A DNA stretch of 63,905 nt, counting the filler, from Octopus bimaculoides (taxonomy: Eukaryota), in assembly GCF_001194135.2 (NCBI RefSeq). It is 9 parts of 7 records of this genome, joined end to end, with 100 filler letters (N's around TTAATTAATTAA, not from the genome) between each part and the next. Parts side by side here need not be neighbours in the genome. Positions count along the whole stretch, not along the records: positions 38,120 to 45,170 come from NC_068985.1; positions 45,271 to 53,072 come from NC_068987.1; positions 53,173 to 55,778 come from NW_026370805.1; 6 more parts are not named here. The stretch is one strand, 5' to 3'. Below, piece by piece: positions 42,795 to 54,219 of this stretch. The first letter of the stretch is position 1, and the number at the start of each line of letters is the position of its first letter. The notes under the pieces are model-generated. The model saw nothing but the letters and a program-made list of their open reading frames with translations. It was not told the origin of the DNA and ran no database searches. The position numbers were made by a program, and so were the translations under genes.

Positions 42795-43783
42795 TACCAC
42801 CACCTCTCTCCTTCTCTCAATGACTCACACCTCTGTTTTGTTTGCCATGCCACGCTTCTCATTCACCAGTAATTCACCACTCAACCATCCGTCTTTATCT
42901 CCCTTCTTTCTCTCTTTTTCTATTTCAATATCGTGTAAACTTCCCTGCTTCCCCTTCTTCTTCTCCTTCTACCACTCCTCCTTTTCTTCTCTCTATCTTT
43001 CCCTCTTTCTTTCTCCAATCTACTTATATTTCACCCACTCACACCTACTTTTTTCATTCTAGCGCTCATCTTCCCATTCTCACTGCTAACCCTCATTACT
43101 GTTATTGTCAACTGTAAATAGTGTGTGTCTATGTCTTTATCTTAATCCATGCCATTGGCTTATTTGAATTATTTGCCTTAGCTCAATTTTATTTAATATT
43201 ATATACCTCTATATAGTTCACCTAGCATTCAGTCTATTGTATATGTCTGAGTCACAAACCAGGCTTTTGATTTCGTTCTCCTACAGTCGGCAGAACAACA
43301 AACATCTCAAATTTGTCCAGTTGACAGTTCAGATTTGAGAAAAATGTAAGCAGCCGACACTTCTCGCTTACAACGTCTGACAGAAAGTAAAACAAAAATG
43401 TTAATGTTCTCCTCTTTTTTTTTTCTTTTTCTTTCTATGAAGTCAGCTTAAAGAAAGTCTATATGTAATGATGAGAAATAAAACCCATACAAATCCAAAG
43501 GATAAATCTTAACAAGTCTCTCTACAGTTTATAAGCTGTAGAGAGCTCCAGAAAAATCAACAGATGCTATGACAAGAAATATGACTCGTAAGAATTTATA
43601 CATTCAGTCTATGACAAGTCTCACAGCAGCTTAAAGCATAACTGCAAAACATTAACAGATATTATGACAAGTAATACGACCCATACGAATTTGTCTTAGG
43701 TCCTGTCTAAGACAAGTCTCACTCTTGCTTAAGAAAGATGTCATGATGAGAAATATGACTCGTACGAATTCAAAGAGTTAGTC

Positions 43784-43995
43784 TTAACCTTTCAGCATTG
43801 AAACTGGTCATATCTGGCTCAAATATTCTGTTTTATGTTCAAACCAGCCATATCTAGCGTCTTACACCTACCCTACCATGTCATTCTAATTCCAAGCAAT
43901 CACATCATCGAAATCTCAAAGCTGCAAGATAATGCATTAATAATTCAAAACAATGCGAATGAATAAGCATTACAATCTAAATGCTTACAGGTTAA
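43784..43995. mobile_element. TTAA-flanked MITE
   Basis: Ends ttaacctttcagcatt and aatgcttacaggttaa (14/16 inverted match including TTAA); related sequence in opposite orientation at 54220-54410. Confidence 0.75.
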
Positions 43996-44007
43996 ACAAT
44001 GTAACGT

Positions 44008-44390
44008 GAAGGCGCAATGGCCCAGTGGTTAGGGCAGCGGACCCGCGGTCATAGGATCACGGTTTAGATTCCCAGACCGGGCGTTGTGAGTGTTTATTGG
44101 GCGCAAACACCTAAAGCTCCACGAGGCTCCGGCAGGGGATGGTGGCGAACCGTGCTGTGCTCTTTCACCACAACTTTCTCTCACTCTTACTTCCTGTTTC
44201 TGTTGTGCCTGTAATTCAAAGGGTCAGCCTTGTCACACTCTGTGTCACGCTGGATATCCTCGAGAACTACGTTAAGGGTACACGTGTCTGTGGAGTGCTC
44301 AGCCACTTGCACGTTAATTTCACGAGCAGGCTGTTCCGTTGATCGGATCAACTGGAACCCTTGACGTTGTAAGCGACGGAGTGCCATCTA
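44008..44390 (+). mobile_element. tRNA-headed SINE family C, long variant
   Basis: Same head; 3' body gagaactacgttaagggtacacgtgtctgtggagtgctcagccac...gcgacggagtgcca. Confidence 0.9.
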
Positions 44391-45270
44391 AACAATCTAA
44401 CAGTACTACAAAGCCAACAGTTTTGAGGAGAACGGTTTAATAGATATTATCGACCTCAGAAATTGACTGGTACAATATTTTATCGAATCCAGTTTGATGA
44501 AAGGCAAAATTTACCTTGGGAAGATTTGAATTCAGAATGTAAAGAGGCAGAAAGAATAACGTAAGCTTTTTGCTCACGTTCTAATATTTCTACTTGTCTA
44601 CCACCTGTTTCGAACAAATTCATAAGTCCAGAAATTTGGTGGGACGGGAACTGTTGAAAAAGTGGACCCCAGTACATGACTGGCACTTACTATAACGATT
44701 TGTCGTTAGAGCAACACCAAATATAAGATGTTTTGAGTATCCTGGCGATAATAAATATTTTAAAGTGTACACGCGATGCAGTTGGAACATACATATTCTA
44801 ACACTGTATAAGTAACATTGCATTGGTCCAAGGATTTATACTTTGTATCTTTGCAACCGATTTTTCCCTCGTTGCGACTTTTGCTTCTTTCCATCTGCCA
44901 TCTCCTCCATTTCATTTCATGATTTTGTGTCATCAGAGTTCGGACCGGTGTGTATCTAGCTGATGGCGTGCCAAAGAAATACTTTCTTTTATTAGATATG
45001 CATATTTTTTTGTGGTTTATTTCAGTTTGCAATTTATGTCCTCTTATGAGTTTATTTGACATTTACCCATAGCAACGACGAACCCTAGGTTTGTTGCTGG
45101 TGTTGCCTTATATATGCAATATATAAGGCAACACCATATAGTAGAAAGGATTATATATATATATATATATNNNNNNNNNNNNNNNNNNNNNNNNNNNNNN
45201 NNNNNNNNNNNNNNTTAATTAATTAANNNNNNNNNNNNNNNNNNNNNNNNNNNNNNNNNNNNNNNNNNNN

Positions 45271-45347
<77 letters not shown>

Positions 45348-46236
45348 TATATGGAAAGATATATATTTTTTTAATATATAAAATATATATATATATATAT
45401 ATATATTTTTAATATATAAAATATATATATATGTATAAATTAATCAATTTATAAGTATATATCAAGGGCAAGCGACATTGGCGTCTTTCTCTAGCACGTT
45501 GGCGACTTGTATACGTACTCGCTTGCCCTTGATATATATATATATATATACATGCATATATACAGAGCTACATCGATGCATTTAGTATGTAAATAAGTCT
45601 CCATCATGTTTCTGTTTTCTGTGCATTCTCGTTTATTATACATATCGAAAACCTAAGAGTGATGTTCAAATCTGAGACATTTATATTTGCTGTATCCAAA
45701 ATAAAGAACTACGAACTACTTACATTTTATGATCCATCTCTTCTCGAGATTTTCACCATGGAATTTACTCACCCATCCAGGTCGAATCAACGCGAAGGAA
45801 TTCTCGAACTTCCTTCTGCTCCACAAACGTCATTATTTTATGATTTTCCTGGATTTGTACTTGTCTGCACCAATTCACTATGAACTTTCACCCTTTGAAC
45901 TTCCTCCTGTTATATATTATAATAATATATTATTTCTATTATATATAATAGGAAGCCAAATATGTGTGCGTGTGTGTGTGTGTGTGTTCTCGCCTGTATA
46001 AATATGCTGTAAATGATTCGATGCATTGCGACAACCTGTTCGTAATTTATTCTATTAAACGAAGGTCTCACGATTGAATTTCTACATTTTCTTTTATCTT
46101 ATTTTTTGTTGTTTCGGTCATTAGACTGCGGCCATACTGGGGCACCGCTGTGAAGAACTTTTAGTCTGACGAATCGACTCCAGTACTTATTATTATTGTT
46201 TTTTTTTTTTCTTTTTTAAGCTTGGTATTTATTCTT

Positions 46237-46555
46237 TTCTACTCTAGACACAAGGCCCGAAATGTTGGGGAGGGGGTTAGTCGATTAGATCGACCCCAGT
46301 GCGCAACTGGTACTTAATTTATTGACCCCGAAAGAATTAAAGGCAAAGTCGGCCTCGCCGGAATTTGAACTTAGACGCGAAATACTGCTAAGCATTTCGC
46401 CCGGCGTGCTAACGTTTCTTATTTCTTTATTGCCCACAAGGGGCTAAACATAGTGAGGACACACAAGGACAGACAAAGGAATTTAGTCGATCACATCGAC
46501 CCCAGTGCGTAACTGGTACTTAATTTATCGACCCCGAAAGGATGAAAGGCAAATT
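46237..46555 (-). mobile_element. Dimeric SINE family A (5' truncated)
   Basis: Two family A bodies joined through gtgctaacgtttcttatttctttattgcccacaagggg. Confidence 0.8.
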
Positions 46556-46557
46556 AA

Positions 46558-46805
46558 GGGGTTTCGTTCTTTCCTCAAGAACCCAAGTTCAGCTCGAGTT
46601 GGGTTGTTATGTATCCTGTTGATCCAATAATAATTGGTATGAAACTGAAAGTGTATCTTGAGCACTGGATTTGCAAACTTCTTACCAAAGGCCCATAGAA
46701 GTTTTCTTTCATCTGCATTTTTCTTACCACGCCGGTCTCCAGAGGATTGCAGATTTCCACAAAAGAGCATATTGTTCTTGTACTCTCACAAAAACTTGCG
46801 AGAGT
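46558..46805 (-). mobile_element. REL-endonuclease (R4/NeSL/CRE-like) non-LTR remnant
   Basis: EICNPLETGVVRKMQMKENFYGPLVRSLQIQCSRYTFSFIPIIIGSTGYI resembles the E-x-x-C-P...KExxYxxL...FIPIIVGxxG tail of restriction-like endonuclease domains. Confidence 0.65.
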
Positions 46806-46814
46806 ATTCTACAA

Positions 46815-47135
46815 TAGGCGCAGGGGTGGCTGTGTGGTAAGTAGATTGCTTACCAACCACATGGTTTCCGGTTCAGTCCCACTGCGTGGCACCTTGGACA
46901 TGTGTCTTCTACTATAGCCTCGGTCCGACGAAAGCCTTGTGAGTGGATTTGGTAGACGGAAACTGAAAGAATCCCATCGTATATATGTATGTATGTGTGT
47001 GTCTGTGTTTGTACCCCCCCCCCCCAACATCACTTGACAACCGATGCTGGTGTGTTTACGTCAGCGTAACTTAGCGGTTCGGCGAAAGAGACCGATAGAA
47101 TAAGTACTAGGCTTACAAAGAATAAATCAACTCTT
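46815..47135 (+). mobile_element. SINE family B, well preserved
   Basis: ggcgcaggggtggctgtgtggtaagtag A-box region, ggttcagtccc B-box, internal (TA/TG)n, 3' module to aagtactaggcttacaaagaataa. Confidence 0.9.
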
Positions 47136-47769
47136 CAAACCGTAACTTAGTGATATTAATAGTAGAGTAGATAGCGGGTGACGGAGATAGGGGAGGTCCG
47201 CCCCAGCCAACGCCTTTATGGTGGTGGTAGAGGCACTTTTGGGTCTACTTTATAAGCCTCGATAGAGGGCGGGGGTAGAACAGAAGCGGCAGACTCAAGG
47301 GCTGCGCTGGGGTGAAACAGCCTAGCTATATTATATCCCTGCATATTAAAATTTGAAATATTGCTAAAACTGTTGAAAGTTCATATCTTCAGAAGGTTTA
47401 GAACTCGCCTCCACCGCCACCTGGGGCCGTGCTTCCAGGCCAGCCACAGAGTTCGTCGCCGCTCTTGCCAGCCTTGCATGTACCATTTTGAATTTATTCT
47501 TTTATCGATATTTTCTCTCATAAAAATCAGCATTACCTGAAATTCTAATCCATTCAAAGTACATACTAAGATAACAGAATGGGGTGTTTTCTAATTACTT
47601 AACGGATACTGTTGTTGCATCTTATAAATCTACAGTTTTGCTTGAACAAATATCAAAACTAAAAAAGAAGAGAGATAATCCATTTTGCTATTTGACCAAA
47701 GTTCAATCATTGTTCTGATTCTCACAATAACTCTGCTAAATGCCATGATTTCTTTCTTCCTTTCCTTCA

Positions 47770-47900
47770 GATAACCTCTATGAAACTTTTCTTCTTCAAC
47801 GAAATATTAGACAATGCCTGTTCATAAATCTGAGTCGTAACACGACCTTGTTCTGATCGGAGCACTGATTCAACTGTCGCCTGGAATTTTTTTTTAATCC
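47770..47900 (-). mobile_element. Possible short RTE-like remnant
   Basis: FQATVESVL resembles FRATVESxLLYG, followed by an apparent internal deletion. Confidence 0.35.
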
Positions 47901-47967
47901 AAAAATCATCATCATCGTCATCATCATTATTATTATTATTATTATTTATTATTATTATTATTATTAA

Positions 47968-48006
<39 letters not shown>

Positions 48007-48222
48007 GGCGGCGAGCTGGCAGAATCGTTAGCACGCTGGACGAAATGCTTAGCGGTATTTCGCCCGTCGCTACGTTCTGAGTTCAAATTCCGCCGATGTC
48101 GACTTTGTCTTTCCTCCTTTCGGAATCGGTAAAATAAGTACCAGTGAAACACTGGGGTCGATGTAATCGACTAGCCCCCTCTCCACAAATTTGGGGTCTT
48201 GTACCTCCAGTAGAAAGGATTA
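48007..48222 (+). mobile_element. SINE family A, near full length
   Basis: Intact head, B-box gagttcaaattcc and tail gtagaaaggattatt running into (ATT)n. Confidence 0.9.
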
Positions 48223-48453
48223 TTATTATTATTATTATTAGTTATTATTTTTTTTTTATAATCTGCATGTTTGTTACAATCACATACTGAGATGCACCCT
48301 NNNNNNNNNNNNNNNNNNNNNNNNNNNNNNNNNNNNNNNNNNNNNNNNNNNNNNNNNNNNNNNNNNNNNNNNNNNNNNNNNNNNNNNNNNNNNNNNNNNN
48401 NNNNNNNNNNNNNNNNNNNNNNNNNNNNNNNNNNNNNNNNNNNNNNNNNNNNA

Positions 48454-48660
48454 ACTGGCTAGTCTGTTCCTGGAGGACTTTCCGGTCGGGAACTATGATG
48501 TATAATTTCCAGGTGTCCTTGGTCTGGCAATACTACCGGGTATGTGCTGTCAAACGGACTTGTCCGAGGTGCTCGCAGTGGGAAAAACCGCTCTGCACGC
48601 CCTCGTTCAGTGTCCGAGCATTACTGACTTGTGGGGTTATGTTGAACAGCTGCTGTTACG
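48454..48660 (+). mobile_element. L1/Tx1-type LINE ORF2 C-terminal CCHC remnant
   Basis: RTCPRCSQ, then after a frameshift TALHALVQCPSITDLWGYVEQLL: CxxC...HxxxxC zinc motif. Confidence 0.7.
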
Positions 48661-48992
48661 AAAAGATGAAGCTCAAAGTCGACCTCGGCGGAATTTGAAC
48701 TCAGAACGTAAAGACAGACAAAATACCGCTAAATATTTTCGCCCGACGTGCTAACATTTCTTATTTCTTTACTTCCCACAAGGGGCTGCTTACAGAGGGG
48801 ACAAACAAGGACAGACAAACAGATTAAGTCGATTATATCGAACCAGTGCGTAACTGGTACTTAGTTTATCGACTCCGAAAGGATGAAAGGCAAAGTCAAC
48901 CTCGGCGGAATTTGAACTCAGAACGTAACAGCAGACGAAATACCGCTAAGCATTTCGCCTGGCGTGCTAACGTTTCTGCCAGCTCGCCGCCT
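48660..48992 (-). mobile_element. Dimeric SINE family A (3' truncated)
   Basis: Intact head at 48992 and the same internal junction as the 46237 copy. Confidence 0.85.
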
Positions 48993-50396
48993 TTCAATTA
49001 TCTAGATATTTGTCCAATAATCTTGTATACACAAGCTGGAATTCCTGCCGCTCATTGCAGAATGCAAACCAATCTATTGTGTAGGGCCCATATTTCCATT
49101 TCTTCGGCAACTAGTTTCGCTGCATCTAAAATTTCTGTAAAGTGGTTTTTTTTGTTTTGTTTTTGTTTTTTTTAATTCATAGATCTTCAAGGTCGTTAAA
49201 AAAACGACTCTAAATTTAAGACTTTTATATTCGCTGCAACATCCCATGTCTGAACAATCTGACTTCTGCCGAAGTTCTGTATGAGGAAATCCACCTCCGC
49301 TGATGTCATAAGAATATGATTGAAGGATGACATGTAATTGCATTTTATGACTTCATTAACAGTTTTCGGTGTGGGTTTGAACGACAGAATTTTCTTTAGT
49401 GCGTGTCGTATTGTAGAAAGAATGGCCACTCCAACAAGTACCGTAGAACACATGGATAGATTCGCGCATACTCTTTGAGAAGAGTTACAGTTCTCAGGAA
49501 ATCTGCTTCCGTGCAGCATGCTACAGAATTGAATTCGCCTAAGTTTAGTTAAAAGGAGGCAAATGGACGATACATGTGTAACGAATTGACAGCAAAACCG
49601 TGCTTTTGAAGGTCATTATATTTGCCAGACTTGTTGAGAGCGTAATCATTATCCTGTCCAGAGTAATATTTAACAAGTATCCCAGAATGCTTGTTAATCT
49701 CAGTCCCCATCTTCTTATGGCAGTCAACAAAGGTTTAACAATCCTTCTTGAAATGCAAATTCATCTCACATTCATCTAACAGCCTTCACCTAATAACGGT
49801 TGATAAAAGTTATCTGCTCCCTATCAACGAATTCCCACTTTGCTTCAACAATGATTAGATAATATTGTGCAGTTCTTGTTTAACCCAAGATGTTATTCCG
49901 AACACGATCTGCACAGTTACTGATAAATTCAATTTGAAATGTCCACGAGAGATTGTGAACTTGAAGTTGTTCATCTATTCCTTGTGAAACTCTTATCATT
50001 GGAACATATGCCAGAACTCGATCGTTATGGGCTTCAACTAAATATGAATAATTAAAGGTTTTAAAACTAAGTAATGCTCTCAGTGATACTAAAGATGATT
50101 TCCTACAAGTGGGACGTCATAGAGGCAATATAGGCTCCCGGCCAAATCAATGCACTTTGCCCTGCTGTATATATATTTATTGACAGTAATCTACAGCATA
50201 TATCGATTATAATTGGGCCTCTAGACGCATGTCGGCCCCACGGAAAATTCCCAATGTGTTCATGCTTTAAGATGAATCGAAGACAGAAAGGCAGCAATAG
50301 AATTACTGACTATGATGAGAAAAGCGTTTTTTTTTAGAATAAAGAGTAAAATAATTTAACAAAAGTTTCCTTGTTTTAATATTCTGCTACAAAAAA

Positions 50397-50810
50397 GCGG
50401 CGAGCTGCTAGAATTGTTAGCGCATCGGACAAAATGCATAGCGGTGTTTATTCCGATTTTATGCTTTCATCTTAAATGCCACCGAGATCGACTTTGCCTT
50501 TCGCTCTTTCAAGGGTAATAAAATAAGTACCAGTTGATTACTGGGGTCAATGATATTGACTTACCTCCACGCCTCGAAATTGCTGGCTTGTATCCAATTT
50601 TGGACCAATATTATGCAATAAAAAGGCTGCGGGCTGGTAACATCGTTAGGTCGTCGAACTAAATGCTTAACGACATTTCTTCCGGCTTTTTGTGTTCTAA
50701 GATCAAATGTCACCACGGTCGTCTTTGCTTTTCATCCTTTCGGGGTCGACAGGCAAATACTGGAGTAGATATAATCGATTTTCCCCCTCCATTCAAAACT
50801 GCTGGCCTTC
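50397..50810 (+). mobile_element. Two diverged SINE family A copies
   Basis: gcggcgagctgctagaattgttagc (50397) and gctgcgggctggtaacatcgttagg (~50627) with family A bodies. Confidence 0.7.
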
Positions 50811-50918
50811 AGTAATAATTTGCAACCAAAAAAAATCCTCTTTTCTTTTTCAAGGTTATGTGCTGTTCTCTTTTTTGTTATTCTATACAACGAGTATCGT
50901 CAAAGTGTAACATGTCAG

Positions 50919-50950
50919 GTACCGGATTTACTCGCGTATAAGCCGCATGA
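50919..50950 (+). mobile_element. Single pogo/Tigger-like terminal repeat
   Basis: taccggatttactcgcgtataagccgca resembles pogo-type TIRs; partner end not found. Confidence 0.4.
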
Positions 50951-51379
50951 AGTTTTGGGCCTGTAAAAAGTAACCATATTATAAAAGCACAGAATTGAAC
51001 TACTGGCACGACGTTGGCAACAGACAATAGAATATGATGAGAAATACTTTGATGGATAATTGCTTTTTGCGGTGTAATTTATTTGATCCGTTAATTAAAA
51101 TTTGAAATACGAACAAACTTTTGACCCAACCTGATGTATTGTGTTCGATGCACCTCCAGTTCACACACTTTCATGCTTTGTTCTCCAGTCGTCTGGAAAC
51201 CAATAACTGTACGCCATTTTCCTGCAACTGCTAAAGAACATCAACCTCGTCTATTTCACTCGTCTCGGAGACATTGCAATGGCCATGCTGCCGTGATCAC
51301 AGCCCTTTACTCAAGACCAAACCAATAAAGGATTTTTCATATTCCCCTTTTTAATTCAAACCGGAAATGTAATATATTT

Positions 51380-51793
51380 CATCTTTTACCTTTTCTCTTA
51401 GTCAATGGACTGCGGCCATGCTGGGGCACCACCTTGAAGAGCTTAGTCGAGTAAATCAATCTCAGTACTGTTTTTTTTTTAAACCTGGTATTTACTCCAC
51501 CGTTCTCTTTTTGCTGAACCGCTAAATTTTGGGGACGTAGAAAAATCAACACCGATTGCCAAGCGTGAGAAAAACAAGCAAACAAACACACACTCGCACA
51601 AACACAAGCACATACATATATTATGTGTGTACAGGGCCGGCTCTCGGATTGTTGGCGTTCCGGATAAGCTGAACTTCGACGTGTGCAAGTTGACGGTCGT
51701 AGAAATTTCCTTGTCTTTGTCATACCATCCTTGGCGACCCCTAGCACATGGCGCCTCGTGCGACTGTCCGAGTTGCCGGTACCTTGAACCGGC

Positions 51794-51849
<56 letters not shown>

Positions 51850-51990
51850 GGCTGAGCTTCTTTCAGTACTCATAAGGCTTTGGTCGACCCGGGGCTATAG
51901 TAGAAGACGTTTGCCTAAGGTGCCACCCAGTAGGACTGAACCCGGCACCATGTAGTTTGGAAGCAAACCACTAACCACATTACCACGCCA
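51380..51990 (-). mobile_element. SINE family B with nested hAT-like MITE
   Basis: 3' module 51380-51600, MITE 51632-51797, (TG)n, head module 51850-51990. Confidence 0.8.
51632..51797. mobile_element. hAT-like MITE nested in a SINE microsatellite
   Basis: Termini cagggccgg...ccggccctg, GC-rich 166 bp; flanks tgtgtgta and tgtgtgtg fit an 8-bp duplication but are low complexity. Confidence 0.6.
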
Positions 51991-52037
51991 GAGAATTGCT
52001 GATGCAAAAGATCAATCGTGAACGTACTCGTAGTTTC

Positions 52038-52076
<39 letters not shown>

Positions 52077-53037
52077 GTATTTATAACTGGTGCGTTAAGA
52101 CAAGATAATTACATCTGAAGCTGCATAGTGTTAGCTAAAAATCTATAAATATATTCTATGCACGAGTGTCTGTGTCACTGTTTATCTGTCCGTGATCCTC
52201 TGTGATTTTATGAGTGCCTGAGTGTCGGAAATTGCAGCTAAACCGGCTTGTTTGAATAAAAATATCTTTTATTTTACTGAAGTTGTTCAGATACTTCCTC
52301 GTCACTCTCGTTCTCGAAAATGCTGTGAAGAAAATGACTAACGCGTTGAAAAAAAACAAAAAAAAAACAGAAAGAAAAGAAAGCTAACATAACTAACGAC
52401 GCTATTGTTCACAAATGCACGACATAAAATGGTTAGATAAATAAATAAGTAACAATATAATATGCTAAACATGATAGATTGTTATTTATGTTGAACATAA
52501 TTTATAATACAGTAAAATATTCATGTAATGTAAGTATAACCACTTTAAAACTCCAGCCATAAATTTCTATTAACAGGCATTAAGCTTGGGTGTGGTAGGT
52601 TGTGTTCTACTGCTGTATCAGTAGTTGATTTATGCAATAATATTATAGATTGCTATCTTGGTGTTCCTTCCGACAATTACATACTGAGATTGGACATATA
52701 CGTATGCATGTATGTATATATGTATGTATGTACGTATGTGTGTAAGTATATGTATACGTATAGGTGCGCAGGTATATGTTTATAAATAATATGTATATGT
52801 GTTACATCAGATTATTCACTTAAAATCATCGACGTTGGGTGATTGATATTAACCAGCTTTAAATGGACGCTGACAGTTTCACTCAATTATAAAGGTTTAT
52901 ATAACGATATTAGTTAGCATATGTTATATATTATAATTAAATTGCAAACAAGTTGTTTATTAAAATTCGTTTTCTTTCTGTGTGCGTATGTGCATGAGGG
53001 TGTGTGTGTGTGTGTGTATGAATATATTTGAGCTGAC

Positions 53038-53072
<35 letters not shown>

Positions 53073-53172
53073 NNNNNNNNNNNNNNNNNNNNNNNNNNNN
53101 NNNNNNNNNNNNNNNNTTAATTAATTAANNNNNNNNNNNNNNNNNNNNNNNNNNNNNNNNNNNNNNNNNNNN
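53073..53172. other. Artificial 100-bp scaffold spacer (N44-TTAATTAATTAA-N44)
   Basis: Identical construct at 21470, 33320, 38020, 45171, 53073, 55779, 58219 and 62162. Confidence 0.95.
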
Positions 53173-53237
53173 CAATTACTTTGTTTTTTAAACAAGAGAC
53201 AGAAATTGATGACTATTACTGTGAAATAATAACTCAC

Positions 53238-53275
53238 CTTGGAGTTCACCAGATGGCATGTCGGACGTACAACTC
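53238..53275 (-). CDS. PRODH: Proline dehydrogenase short exon (38 nt, phase 2 to phase 1)
   Basis: Acceptor gttctctcttccag, donor gtgagt. Completes the GA|G codon and reads (E)SCTSDMPSGELQ, continuing the EMESCTS motif; vertebrate PRODH has a similarly short exon here. Confidence 0.88.
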
Positions 53276-54219
53276 CTGGAAGAGAGAACACAGAGACATG
53301 AGGAGAAATACTGGGAAGGCAAAACCTGCGTGCTGTGTCTAGCTAGCTATTTGTCTGTCTGATTGTCCATCCATCCATCCATCCATCTATGTATCTGTTT
53401 GTCACTCTACCAATCACAATTTCTCTTGCTAGCTAAATAGATAGATAGATAGCTAGCTAGATAGATAGATAGCTGTCTGTCTGACTATATATTTCTCTAT
53501 CTCTATGTATCTTCTGTCTATTTGTCCGTCTGACTGTCCAACCATCTGTCTAAGTATGTATCTATTTCTCTGCCTATCAATCAATCTCTCCAGCTAGCTG
53601 TTAACTAGATAGAAAGCTATATTTCTGTATAACTGTGTATTTATCAATAGCTTTCTATTTATCTCTATGTATTTGTCTGTCTGTCTATCTGTCTGTCCAT
53701 CTATGTGTCTATTTCTGCATCTATCAATCAATCAATCTCTCTAGTTACCTATCTCTCTACCTCTTTCTCTCAGCGAATGGATGGATGGATAGAGAGAGAG
53801 AGAGAGAGATAGATTTCTTTATTTAACCACACAGGAATTAACATAGAAGGGACAATACAATGTAGAATTCTTCTTTTTCGAAATCGACTAAAAGGGATCG
53901 AAAGAAAGACGTTTTTGGGGGGCGTGTACACAAGTAGATACAAGGTGATGTTTTTTTTTTAACAATTTGAATTCCTAAAAGGGAGAAGAAATATAACACT
54001 GACAAGAGTTATCCATGGAAAGAAAAACCTACGAAAAATAACCATGATAACCTCGGCAAAAGGAAAAATCTATGAGACCAAAGTACCCTCTCTCTCTCTC
54101 TGTTTGTTTATAGGTTAATGCTCAAAAGTGGTTCCATCATTTATGTGTACCATTTTTGCTACATTCAACCACCTTTTATTAAATCTTTTATTAGACAAAA
54201 CTTTCCAGCAGATCTATAA

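Noticed and set aside
49000-50100. Degraded coding-like region, possibly a LINE
   Set aside because: Many stops and only vague motifs; could not assign a family.
51130-51225. Minus-strand exon-like segment in phase 1 (GKWRTVIGFQTTGEQSMKVCELEVHRTQYI) as the next PRODH exon
   Set aside because: No similarity to the expected SARTYFY exon, weak donor, and it lies beside a pogo-like end.
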